From Minisyncoccota bacterium (GTDB lineage Bacteria; Patescibacteriota; Minisyncoccia; Phycocordibacterales; UBA5272): DNA of 55,758 bases. The position numbers were made by a program, and so were the translations under genes. Of the stretch, positions 36,928 to 45,814 are shown in pieces. A model generated the notes under the pieces. The model was not told where the DNA came from, did no database searches, and saw only the letters and a program-made list of their open reading frames with translations. Numbering within the stretch: the stretch's first letter is position 1; each line of letters opens with the position of its first letter. Location: assembly GCA_031972295.1 (NCBI GenBank), contig DALYEZ010000001.1, positions 1-55,758 on the forward strand. The letters are read 5' to 3'.

Positions 36928-38808
36928 ATGAAAACCAACGACGTACGAGCGTTATTTTTGAAGTTTATGGAGAAGAAAGGGCACGTGATTGTGGCTTCGT
37001 CTCCGCTCGTGCCAGAAAATGATCCCACAACTTTGTTTACAGGCTCTGGAATGCAGCCGATGGTACCATACCTTTTAGGGCAAAAGCATCCACTTGGAAC
37101 AAAGATTACTGATTCACAAAAATGTTTCCGCAGTCAGGATATAGAAGAGGTGGGTGACAATCGCCATACGACTTTTTTTGAAATGCTTGGAAACTGGTCG
37201 CTTGGTGATTTTTTTAAGCAAGAACAAATTCCGTGGATGTGGGAATTTTTGACAGAGGAAATTAAACTCGACCACGAACGTCTTTATTTTTCTTGTTTCA
37301 AGGGAAATGAGTCTCTTGGAATTCCAAAAGATACAGAGTCAGCAGAACTTTGGCAAAAACTTTTTAAAACAAAAGGGATTGATGCAAAAATAGGTGAGAA
37401 TCCAGAAGTTGACGGTATACAAGCCGGTGAACGAATTTTTTATTATCCTGAAAAGAAAAATTGGTGGAGTAGATCGGGAGTACCAGGAAATATGCCTGTG
37501 GGTGAGCCAGGTGGACCAGATACTGAGATGTTTTACGATTTCTACCCAGATCTCGGACGAAGCTGTATTCCAAACACAGTCTGGAGTGGCGAATTTTGCC
37601 ACGTAAACTGCGATTGCGGACGTTTTGTGGAGATTGGTAACAATGTCTTCATGGAGTACGTTAAAACAGAAAATGGCTTTGAAAAACTCGCACAGCAAAA
37701 TGTAGACTTTGGCGGTGGACTTGAGCGCATGACTGCAGCAACACAAAATGATGCTGATGTGTTTAATATGGATGTGTTTGATGTTGCAAAAGCAACCATT
37801 GAGCGATTGTCAGGAAAGAAATATGTAGGTGAGGCACAATATGCATTTCGAGTGATTCTTGACCACATTCGAGCCGCAACATTTTTAATAAGTGACGAAG
37901 TACTTCCGGGAAACAAGGATCAAAGTTATTTTGTGCGCCGACTTATTCGGCGGGCGGTGCGTTTTGCCCGCAATCTTGATATTCATACAAACTTTTGTGC
38001 GGAAGTTTCTGACTCATTTATTCAGGTGTATAAAGCTGAGTATACAAATCTTGAAACAAAGAGAGATAATATTTTGAGTGAGATCACAAAAGAAGAAGAA
38101 AAATTTAGAAAGACACTTGAAAATGGAATTAAAGAGTTTGAAAAAATAAAAGAAATAAACATTTCAGGAGAACAAGCCTTTGATCTTTTACAGTCATTTG
38201 GTTTTCCAATTGAACTAACTGAAGAATTAGCAAAAGAAAGAGCTCTGACCGTTGATCGAGCTGAATTCGACAAACTTAAAGATGCTCATGCCGAAAGTTC
38301 GCGCACCGCATCAGCGGGAAAGTTCAAAGGTGGACTAGGGGGAGATGGGGAAATGGAAGTAAAATATCACACTGCAACACACCTACTTCATCAAGCGCTC
38401 CGCGAAGTGCTCGGCGAGCATGTGTTCCAAAAAGGTTCAAACATAACTCCGGAACGTCTCCGTTTTGACTTCTCACACGACACAAAAATGACCGACGAGG
38501 AGAAAAAGAAAGTTGAAGACCTTATTAATTCAAAAATTGTTGCAGATTTGCCAGTCACTCGCGAAGAAGTTTCATTTGAAGAAGCAAAAGCTCGTGGGGC
38601 AATTGGACTTTTTGAAGATAAATATAGTGATGTGGTGAGTATTTATCGTATTGGAGAAGGTAAAAAAAGGGGGGATAGTAATCTCTACTCTATTGAATTC
38701 TGTGGTGGCCCACACGTTGAACATTTAGGACTACTTGGAACATTCAAAATTCAAAAAGAAGAAGCGGTGAGTGCGGGTGTGCGACGTATCAAGGCAGTTT
38801 TACAGTAG
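36928..38808 (+). CDS. alaS: Alanine--tRNA ligase (no C-Ala domain)
   Basis: DPTTLFTGSGM, HTTFFEMLGNWS, DFGGGLER, editing HTATHLLH and CGGPH; ends at GVRRIKAVLQ. Confidence 0.97.
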   Translation: MKTNDVRALFLKFMEKKGHVIVASSPLVPENDPTTLFTGSGMQPMVPYLLGQKHPLGTKITDSQKCFRSQDIEEVGDNRHTTFFEMLGNWSLGDFFKQEQIPWMWEFLTEEIKLDHERLYFSCFKGNESLGIPKDTESAELWQKLFKTKGIDAKIGENPEVDGIQAGERIFYYPEKKNWWSRSGVPGNMPVGEPGGPDTEMFYDFYPDLGRSCIPNTVWSGEFCHVNCDCGRFVEIGNNVFMEYVKTENGFEKLAQQNVDFGGGLERMTAATQNDADVFNMDVFDVAKATIERLSGKKYVGEAQYAFRVILDHIRAATFLISDEVLPGNKDQSYFVRRLIRRAVRFARNLDIHTNFCAEVSDSFIQVYKAEYTNLETKRDNILSEITKEEEKFRKTLENGIKEFEKIKEINISGEQAFDLLQSFGFPIELTEELAKERALTVDRAEFDKLKDAHAESSRTASAGKFKGGLGGDGEMEVKYHTATHLLHQALREVLGEHVFQKGSNITPERLRFDFSHDTKMTDEEKKKVEDLINSKIVADLPVTREEVSFEEAKARGAIGLFEDKYSDVVSIYRIGEGKKRGDSNLYSIEFCGGPHVEHLGLLGTFKIQKEEAVSAGVRRIKAVLQ

Positions 38809-38861
38809 CTTATTCTCGCTAAAAAGTTTTGTAATTCTGTTTGTAGGGTATACTTATCTAC

Positions 38862-39857
38862 ATGAAGGGTCGTGCGCCGCTTTTAAAAGAAAGTTACTCT
38901 CTTGTGCTTGATATCTATCTTGGTGGTGTTAGTGGTGCAATAGTGAGGAATGGTGTTATTGAACATCTGTCTCATAATAAAGCGCCCATTACTTTAGAAA
39001 ATGAACCGCAGAAGCTGCTTGCGCAAACGGAGATACTTCTTTTCAGAACTCTTGACGAGCTTGCCTCTAAAAAGAAAATTGTACAAACGTGCATTTTTAT
39101 CGATGCGCCCTTATCGTATTCTGAAACACATGAAGTTTTGTTTCAGAATGAAGACGCAACGTTTTTTGAACAAAATACAAAAGAGATAGAGGGTACACTT
39201 GATTTACCGAGCATATATACTGAACTTCTTGGGCCACATACTTCTGATGGGATTATTCTTGAACATTCACCACAAAATCACACCCTAAATGGTTATTCTA
39301 GTTCAAATCTTTCTCTATCAGGCGAAAGAAAGGCTGATATTGTTCAACAGTGGATACAAAGAAATGTATATACTGCGCTTCAAAAAGCAAAACAGTCCTA
39401 CATTCTAGGTAAAGACATCTTTTTACCAAATCTTATTGTAGGGAAAACTAATACTGATGTTTTGATGCTGGGTGAAATAGTGAGTGTGTATTATCACAAG
39501 AACATGAGTGCTGTTTTAAATACAGGTACGGGAATTGTAATATCAAAATGTGCACAAACACAGAGTCAATCTTTTTTACAAGTAGAAAGCATGCTCAAAA
39601 GTATTGAACGTACTCATGGAACAAAGAATGCTTTATACAAAGAAGTTGTAAAAGATTTTTCACACGCGTTCTCACATAGTTTTACAAAAGATATCCAGTC
39701 AAATAATGTCCCTTGTCCAACAGTATATGTAGGAGATTCTTTTATGCTTCCCGTTGTGGAAGATGCTTTGGCATCAGAAAAAAACATAGATTTTGTGGAA
39801 ATATACAAAGGTGGAGACGCACGTCTCACATATATTATTAAAAGTAAGGTACAATAA
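38862..39857 (+). CDS. Hypothetical protein, possibly degenerate FtsA/PilM-like actin fold
   Basis: LVLDIYLGGV resembles phosphate-1; LNTGTGIVISKCA...FLQVESML resembles the FtsA/PilM subdomain; weak. Confidence 0.5.
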   Translation: MKGRAPLLKESYSLVLDIYLGGVSGAIVRNGVIEHLSHNKAPITLENEPQKLLAQTEILLFRTLDELASKKKIVQTCIFIDAPLSYSETHEVLFQNEDATFFEQNTKEIEGTLDLPSIYTELLGPHTSDGIILEHSPQNHTLNGYSSSNLSLSGERKADIVQQWIQRNVYTALQKAKQSYILGKDIFLPNLIVGKTNTDVLMLGEIVSVYYHKNMSAVLNTGTGIVISKCAQTQSQSFLQVESMLKSIERTHGTKNALYKEVVKDFSHAFSHSFTKDIQSNNVPCPTVYVGDSFMLPVVEDALASEKNIDFVEIYKGGDARLTYIIKSKVQ

Positions 39858-39870
39858 TTACAAATATTGT

Positions 39871-41109
39871 ATGCAAGACATCGTTCCTAAAAAAAGCATT
39901 CGAGAAATTACTAAACCACATGTACCAGGAAGTGTGGCGCCACGAAACACATACCAGAAAGTTCCTGATGTGGTTACGGTTGCTAAAGATAGCGCAACTC
40001 AGTTTGATGAATATCCGCACACAAAAACTGAATTTTATACGAAAGAAAAGAAACGTGGATGGATACTTCCGGTATTTATTGTTGCGGTACTCATTTCTGT
40101 TGGTGGATTTCTTCATTTTCAAAAAAGCGCTACGGTATACGTAACCAGTAAGCAAGAAATTTTCACATTTAAGGATACTGATATTGTGATACCTACTAGT
40201 AGCTTAGAGATACTATCAATAAGTACATCAACTACTATTGATATAAAAACAAGTACTGGAACACCAGCCCTTATGAAAGCAAAAGGTACAGTGACCCTCT
40301 ACAACTCAAATTCTACCGAGCAACTCCTTGTTGCTGGCACACGACTTGAGACTCCAAATGGAAAAATATACCGTCTCGATGGACGCATTACTGTACCTAA
40401 GATGATAAATAGCAGTACCCCAGGATCAATTCAAGCTCTTGTAACAGCAGATAAGCCAGGTGAAAGCTATAATGTGTCCCAAGCAGACTTTACGCTTCCT
40501 GGGCTTGTCGGGACTGCTCGTTATAAAACAGTCTATGCTCGAACCAAGGGTGCAATTGCAGGTGGCTCAGAAACAGCAGTGCGTTTGATAGATGAAAAAG
40601 ATAAAAATCAAAAAATGGAAACATTTTTAACAGAAAACAGAGTGTCTCTTGAGGCAAAACTTCGCCTTCAAAAGAAAGCTTCTACAACTATCATTCAAGA
40701 ACCACTCACAACGAGTAGTTTTGAAAAGATTTCGGATACACAAGGACTCGTTACCCTTACTACTTCAATGCATCTTTTGGATACCAAAGAATTTGCCACC
40801 CTCCTCACAAAAAACCAAAAACAAAACACAGTTATCACAATGGATTTTGCCCAGGATTCAACAGGTATGATTGTTACATACGTATCGGAAGATAAAGAAG
40901 GAGTTCGTGTGAAAGTAAGCGGTGTAGCTTCGGTGCGCCCATATGTGAATATGGAAGATATCAAAAACGCTCTTGCAGGTACTTCAATGAAGCAGTTTCG
41001 AGAACACATTAAAGATGTACAAGGAATACAGGAGATACGATTTACTTCAAGACCTTTCTGGGTGAGCACATTTCCTTCAGCTTCTCGTATTTTTGTAGAA
41101 CAAAAATAA
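39871..41109 (+). CDS. Membrane-anchored baseplate J/gp47-like domain protein
   Basis: Disordered N-terminus, single TM, then AKGTVTLYN..LVAGTRLET.NG.IYRL..VTADKPGESYN..FTLPG..IAGG. Confidence 0.7.
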   Translation: MQDIVPKKSIREITKPHVPGSVAPRNTYQKVPDVVTVAKDSATQFDEYPHTKTEFYTKEKKRGWILPVFIVAVLISVGGFLHFQKSATVYVTSKQEIFTFKDTDIVIPTSSLEILSISTSTTIDIKTSTGTPALMKAKGTVTLYNSNSTEQLLVAGTRLETPNGKIYRLDGRITVPKMINSSTPGSIQALVTADKPGESYNVSQADFTLPGLVGTARYKTVYARTKGAIAGGSETAVRLIDEKDKNQKMETFLTENRVSLEAKLRLQKKASTTIIQEPLTTSSFEKISDTQGLVTLTTSMHLLDTKEFATLLTKNQKQNTVITMDFAQDSTGMIVTYVSEDKEGVRVKVSGVASVRPYVNMEDIKNALAGTSMKQFREHIKDVQGIQEIRFTSRPFWVSTFPSASRIFVEQK

Positions 41110-41156
41110 ATTACGTGGTTGTGACTTTGTAATTTTACTATATACTGTCTCCATAT

Positions 41157-41366
41157 ATGCCAGATGCTGAACCGGTCCAAGGACAAGTAATAGAAGCGCT
41201 CCCGAGCACGCTTTTCAAAGTGAAATTAAAAGATACCGACACTGAGGTTCTTTCGTATTTAGGGGGTAAAATGCGTATCCATAAAATACGAATTCTAGTA
41301 GGGGATAAGGTGGCTGTACTACTTGATCCATATGGTGGTAAAGCGAGAATAGTGAAGCGTCTCTAG
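41157..41366 (+). CDS. infA: Translation initiation factor IF-1
   Basis: GQVIEALPS..FKV, GKMRIHKIRILVGDKV. Confidence 0.95.
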   Translation: MPDAEPVQGQVIEALPSTLFKVKLKDTDTEVLSYLGGKMRIHKIRILVGDKVAVLLDPYGGKARIVKRL

Positions 41367-41422
41367 AGTCCTTGCGTTATACATAAAAATATCGTATTAT
41401 ACATAACCATATTGCCGTTATC

Positions 41423-41545
41423 ATGAAAATCAAATCAACAATCAAGGCAAAAGACTTGCGTAATGGAGAATTTCTTGTTCGCCGAAACGGGAAACTTTTC
41501 CGTATTAACAAGAAAGACCCAGCTCGCAAGGCTCGACAAGGGTAA
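41423..41545 (+). CDS. rpmJ: 50S ribosomal protein bL36 (Cys-free form)
   Basis: [40 protein letters not shown] between infA and rpsM; missed by the ORF track. Confidence 0.92.
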   Translation: MKIKSTIKAKDLRNGEFLVRRNGKLFRINKKDPARKARQG

Positions 41546-41567
41546 CAATTTATAATTATTAAAGCAC

Positions 41568-41948
41568 ATGCGAATTTCAGGTATTACAATCCCAGAGAAA
41601 AAACGTCTCGAAATCAGCCTTACCGCAGTTTTTGGTATTGGTCGACCACGAGCAAAAACAATTCTTCAGAAATTGAAGATTGATGAAAGTAAGTCAGCTA
41701 AAGATCTTACAGAAGAACAAGAAAATGCTATTCGAAAAGAGATCGAGGCTTTTAAAATTGAAGGAGATCTCAAGCGTGATGTTGCTCAAAACATTAAGCG
41801 TCTTAAGGATATCAAGGCCTACCGAGGTGTACGACATATGCGTAAAATGCCTGTACGAGGCCAGCGCACAAAGACAAACTCTCGAACTGTTCGTGGAAAT
41901 GTTCGAAAGACTATGGGAAGCGGTCGACGAAAGGCTGAAAAGACATAA
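41568..41948 (+). CDS. rpsM: 30S ribosomal protein uS13
   Basis: RISG..IP..K, FGIGR, YRGVRH...PVRGQRTKTNSRT. Confidence 0.98.
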   Translation: MRISGITIPEKKRLEISLTAVFGIGRPRAKTILQKLKIDESKSAKDLTEEQENAIRKEIEAFKIEGDLKRDVAQNIKRLKDIKAYRGVRHMRKMPVRGQRTKTNSRTVRGNVRKTMGSGRRKAEKT

Positions 41949-41977
41949 TCCTTTTACATATCTAACTATTTAATACT

Positions 41978-42412
41978 ATGGGAAAAAAACGAATTGTAAA
42001 AAAGGCTGGATCCACAATGGACCAAGGTCTTAAGGCTCGATCACTCGCAAAGCTTGTAAAGCGAAAGCTGACACATGGTGTGCTTCATGTTGAGGCAACA
42101 TACAACAATACAAAAGTAACCCTTTCTGATGTTGAAGGTAATACTATTGCATGGTCTTCAAGTGGCGCTCTTGGATTTAAAGGCGCAAAAAAGGGTACTC
42201 CGTTTGCGGCATCAAAAATTGGTGAACTTCTTGGTGAAAAAGCTCTCCAAGCTGGAATCAAAGAAGTTGACGTTATTATTAAAGGCGTTGGCTCTGGACG
42301 AGAAGGTGCACTTCGTGCATTTATCGCTCACGGTATTGATGTACTTACTATCAAAGACCGTACACCAATCCCACACAACGGTCCTAAGGCTCCAAAGCCA
42401 CGACGTGTGTAA
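41978..42412 (+). CDS. rpsK: 30S ribosomal protein uS11
   Basis: TYNNTKVTL, GFKGAKKGTPFAA, GVGSGRE, TPIPHNG. Confidence 0.98.
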   Translation: MGKKRIVKKAGSTMDQGLKARSLAKLVKRKLTHGVLHVEATYNNTKVTLSDVEGNTIAWSSSGALGFKGAKKGTPFAASKIGELLGEKALQAGIKEVDVIIKGVGSGREGALRAFIAHGIDVLTIKDRTPIPHNGPKAPKPRRV

Positions 42413-42425
42413 TCTGTAATACTAT

Positions 42426-43025
42426 ATGAAATTAAAAGCAAAAATAGCTCGACGAATTGGAGAACCTTTGATTGGACAAGCAAAGAAGGTTTCTGTTATC
42501 AAGCGAAACTTTCCACCAGGACGTCTTGACTCACAGCGAAAGCACAAGACAAGTTCTTCTGAATACAAAGGTCAGATGAAGGAAAAGCAAAAGACACGTT
42601 TTAGTTACGGTCTTAAGGAACACCAATTTAAAACATACGTAAAGACTGCCGCGCTCACAAAAAACCCTATTGATGTTCTCTTTGCAACTCTTGAACACCG
42701 ACTCGACAACGTTGTATACCGATCTGGTTTTGCAAACACACGACAGTTTGCACGACAACTTGTAACTCACGGTCACATAACAGTAAACGGTAAACGACTC
42801 AATGTTCCTTCATACCAGACCAAAAAAGGTGACGTGGTAGCTATCCGTGAGGGTAGTATGGGAAAGAGTCCGTTTCTTCTTGTTAAAGAAACGATCAAAG
42901 AACACAAAGAGCCACAATGGCTAAAAATTGATCGTATGGAACTCAAGTCAGAAATTACCAGCGAACCAAAAGACACTGAGAAGTCATTCAACCTCCAAAC
43001 GGTTCTTGAGCTTTACAGTCGATAG
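42426..43025 (+). CDS. rpsD: 30S ribosomal protein uS4
   Basis: SEYKGQMKEKQK, LEHRLDNVVYRSGF, ARQLVTHGHITVNG. Confidence 0.97.
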   Translation: MKLKAKIARRIGEPLIGQAKKVSVIKRNFPPGRLDSQRKHKTSSSEYKGQMKEKQKTRFSYGLKEHQFKTYVKTAALTKNPIDVLFATLEHRLDNVVYRSGFANTRQFARQLVTHGHITVNGKRLNVPSYQTKKGDVVAIREGSMGKSPFLLVKETIKEHKEPQWLKIDRMELKSEITSEPKDTEKSFNLQTVLELYSR

Positions 43026-43099
43026 TAGGGGATAACCGTTTGCAATTTGTCAAGCGGTAGTGTACAATTTATCAATTCTAGCTTGTTCGAGCGTATATT

Positions 43100-44044
43100 A
43101 TGTCACATTCAATACTTTTACCTTCTAAACCAAAAATAGTTTCAGAAGATGGTTTTTCGGGCGTTTACGAAATCGATGGATTATATCCAGGATACGGACA
43201 CACATTAGGAAACTCTCTTCGAAGAATTATCCTTTCGTCACTTCCTGGCGTTGCAATCACATCAATTAAAATTGATGGTGTTCAGCATGAGTTCTCTACA
43301 ATGGCGGGGGTAAAAGAAGATGTTATTACAGTTCTTCTTAATCTTAAGCGCATTCGTTTTGCTATGACAGGCGATGAACCACAAGTGGTTACTATCGATG
43401 TTAAAGGGGAAAAAACCGTTACCGCTAAAGATATCGAAGTTGGTGGACAGGTAGAAGTTACAACAAAGGACCAGTACATTTGTGAACTTACACAAAAGAG
43501 CGCTGTTTTCTCTGTTGAAATGACACTTGAAAAAGGTCTTGGATATGTTTCAAAGGAGAATCATCGAAAAGAAAAAACTCCAATCGGGACTATCGCCCTT
43601 GATGCATCATTTACTCCTATTCGTCGCGTAAGTTACGAAGTAGAAAATATGCGTGTCGGTGACCGAACTGACCATAACCGTCTTCGAATTACTATTGAAA
43701 CAGATGGCACAATTACACCTCGAAAAGCCCTCGAATCTTCAATTGAAGCCATGATCATGCAGCTCCAGGCAGTTGTTGGATTTAGAGAATCTCTTACTTC
43801 TCAAGCAAATCCTGAAAAGTCAGAAGTTGTTGCCGAAGAAACTGATCTTACAAAGGTAAAGATTGAAGACCTCGACATTTCAAAACGATCTCAAAACGCT
43901 CTTATTGAAGGAGGAATTAAATCAGTTGCAGGACTTGCTCGAAAAAGTGAACAAGATCTCCTTGAAATCGATGGAATTGCTGAAAAAGGGGTTGAAGAAA
44001 TCAAACTTGCTCTCACAAAACTCGGTGTCGTATTAAAAGATTAG
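43100..44044 (+). CDS. rpoA: RNA polymerase subunit alpha
   Basis: GYGHTLGNSLRRIILSSLPG, GVQHEFST, FTPIRRVSYEVE..RVG, alpha-CTD. Confidence 0.98.
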   Translation: MSHSILLPSKPKIVSEDGFSGVYEIDGLYPGYGHTLGNSLRRIILSSLPGVAITSIKIDGVQHEFSTMAGVKEDVITVLLNLKRIRFAMTGDEPQVVTIDVKGEKTVTAKDIEVGGQVEVTTKDQYICELTQKSAVFSVEMTLEKGLGYVSKENHRKEKTPIGTIALDASFTPIRRVSYEVENMRVGDRTDHNRLRITIETDGTITPRKALESSIEAMIMQLQAVVGFRESLTSQANPEKSEVVAEETDLTKVKIEDLDISKRSQNALIEGGIKSVAGLARKSEQDLLEIDGIAEKGVEEIKLALTKLGVVLKD

Positions 44045-44048
44045 TCGT

Positions 44049-44405
44049 ATGAATCATCACAAAACAGGAAGAAAATTTGGTCGGGAAAAGAATGCACGTG
44101 TAGCACTCGTACGAGGCTTACTCCTTTCTCTTATCGAACATGAAAGTATTGTTACAACTGAAGCAAAAGCGAAAGAAATCCGCCCACGCATTGAAAAGCT
44201 TGTAACACGAGCAAAAGAAGATACTCTTGCAAACAAACGTATTGTTCTTTCTCGACTTTACAACAGCACAAAGGCGACTCGAAAACTTTTTGCCGATATC
44301 GGTAAACGGTTTGACGGTGTACAGGGTGGCTATACTCGTATTATTAAACTTGGTCGCCGCACAGGAGATGCAAGTAAAATGGCAGTAATTGAATTCACAA
44401 AGTAA
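44049..44405 (+). CDS. rplQ: 50S ribosomal protein bL17
   Basis: TTEAKAKEIR..EKLVT, GGYTRIIKL..R.GDA. Confidence 0.97.
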   Translation: MNHHKTGRKFGREKNARVALVRGLLLSLIEHESIVTTEAKAKEIRPRIEKLVTRAKEDTLANKRIVLSRLYNSTKATRKLFADIGKRFDGVQGGYTRIIKLGRRTGDASKMAVIEFTK

Positions 44406-44406
44406 T

Positions 44407-44751
44407 ATGAAACACACAATCGACGCCACAAATCAGTCTCTCGGACGAATTGCTACACAGGTAGCTGCGCTTTTGAATGGAAAAAATACTGTTACTTTTG
44501 TTAAAAATAAAGTTGCAGAAGTAGAAGTTGCAGTTATTAATGCTTCAAAACTTAAAGTAACGGGAAGTAAAATGAAAGAATCTGTGCACAAGCGCTACTC
44601 TGGATACCCAGGAGGCCTTACACAAGAATCTCTTACACATGTTGTTGCAAAAAAAGGTCACGCTGAGCTTATCAAACATGCGGTAGAAGGAATGCTTCCT
44701 AAAAACAAGCTCCAGAAAATTCGCATGAAGCTTCTTACTATTTCTGAATAA
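44407..44751 (+). CDS. rplM: 50S ribosomal protein uL13 (short form)
   Basis: IDA..Q.LGRIA, VINASK, HKRYSGYPGGL, AVEGMLPKN. Confidence 0.95.
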   Translation: MKHTIDATNQSLGRIATQVAALLNGKNTVTFVKNKVAEVEVAVINASKLKVTGSKMKESVHKRYSGYPGGLTQESLTHVVAKKGHAELIKHAVEGMLPKNKLQKIRMKLLTISE

Positions 44752-44756
44752 CTTTT

Positions 44757-45155
44757 ATGACAACAAAACGATACATTGAATCAGTAGGACGACGAAAAAC
44801 CGCAATTGCGCGAGTACGTATTTCTGAAGCTGCAAAACGAGTTGTTACAGTAAATGATAAAGAACTTGCTGTGTACTTTCCAACGAAAGAACTCCAAGCA
44901 ATCGTTCTTTCTCCTCTTGAAGCAGGAGAACTCGTACACACGTACTCAGTTTCGGTAAAAGTTCTCGGCGGTGGTATTCATGCTCAGGCAGAAGCTGTTC
45001 GTCACGGACTTTCTCGATCTTTAGTGAAAGCAGAAGGTACTATCAAGGATGCTCTGAAGAAGCTTGATCTTCTCAAACGTGATCCTCGAGCTGTAGAACG
45101 AAAGAAATTTGGTCTCAAGAAAGCTCGCAAAGCTCCAACTTGGTCAAAGCGTTAA
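44757..45155 (+). CDS. rpsI: 30S ribosomal protein uS9
   Basis: GRRKTAIARV, GGGIHAQAEAVRHG, ERKKFGLKKARKAPTWSKR. Confidence 0.98.
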   Translation: MTTKRYIESVGRRKTAIARVRISEAAKRVVTVNDKELAVYFPTKELQAIVLSPLEAGELVHTYSVSVKVLGGGIHAQAEAVRHGLSRSLVKAEGTIKDALKKLDLLKRDPRAVERKKFGLKKARKAPTWSKR

Positions 45156-45178
45156 TTTTCAATCGAAAATTCTATATG

Positions 45179-45205
45179 AAAAACTGCCATTTTATGGTAG
45201 TTTTT
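45179..45205 (+). terminator. Intrinsic terminator after rpsI
   Basis: aaaaactgccat-ttt-atggtagttttt. Confidence 0.8.
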
Positions 45206-45212
45206 TGTATAT

Positions 45213-45785
45213 ATGGATGAGAAAGAATTAGACGAAACACAAATAGAAGATGTATCTTTTGAGTCTACCGACACTGAAGGTGTAGAAGAAACTCAGGGTG
45301 CAAAAATAAAGAAACTCCGTGAAGAAATAGAGAAATTACGTAAGGAACGTGATGAGTATTTGGTTGGCTGGCAAAGAGCTAAAGCTGACTATGTAAACCA
45401 ATCTAAAACGTATCTTGAAGAACGCTCTGATTTAATTAAAAACGCAGCTCGAAAAACTATCTCCGCAATACTTCCAACACTTGATACCTATGACTTAGCG
45501 AAAAGTAATATTGACGCCTGGAATGCAGTGGATGCAAATTGGCGCACAGGCATAGAATATATCTTTCAGCAACTCTTAAATACTCTTGAAAATGAAGGTT
45601 TAAAAAAGTTTGGAAAGGTTGGAGATGTGTTTGATCCAAACCTCCACCAGAGCATTGAAGCAATCCCAGTTTCTGATAGAATGCAAGATGGTACCGTCCT
45701 TTCAGTCCTGCAAAGTGGCTATATGCTACATGAGAAAGTTATTCGTCCAGCAAAGGTGAATGTCGGAATATACAAACAAGAATAA
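45213..45785 (+). CDS. grpE: Nucleotide exchange factor GrpE
   Basis: YL..WQRAKADYVN, FDPNLHQ, VLQSGY.LH.KVIRPAKV.V. Confidence 0.96.
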   Translation: MDEKELDETQIEDVSFESTDTEGVEETQGAKIKKLREEIEKLRKERDEYLVGWQRAKADYVNQSKTYLEERSDLIKNAARKTISAILPTLDTYDLAKSNIDAWNAVDANWRTGIEYIFQQLLNTLENEGLKKFGKVGDVFDPNLHQSIEAIPVSDRMQDGTVLSVLQSGYMLHEKVIRPAKVNVGIYKQE

Positions 45786-45814
45786 TATTATTTGAAATTA
45801 GAACATTTTAGACT

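Noticed and set aside
41516-41528. Third copy of ccagctcgca
   Set aside because: It lies inside rpmJ coding sequence (DPARK); probably coincidental.
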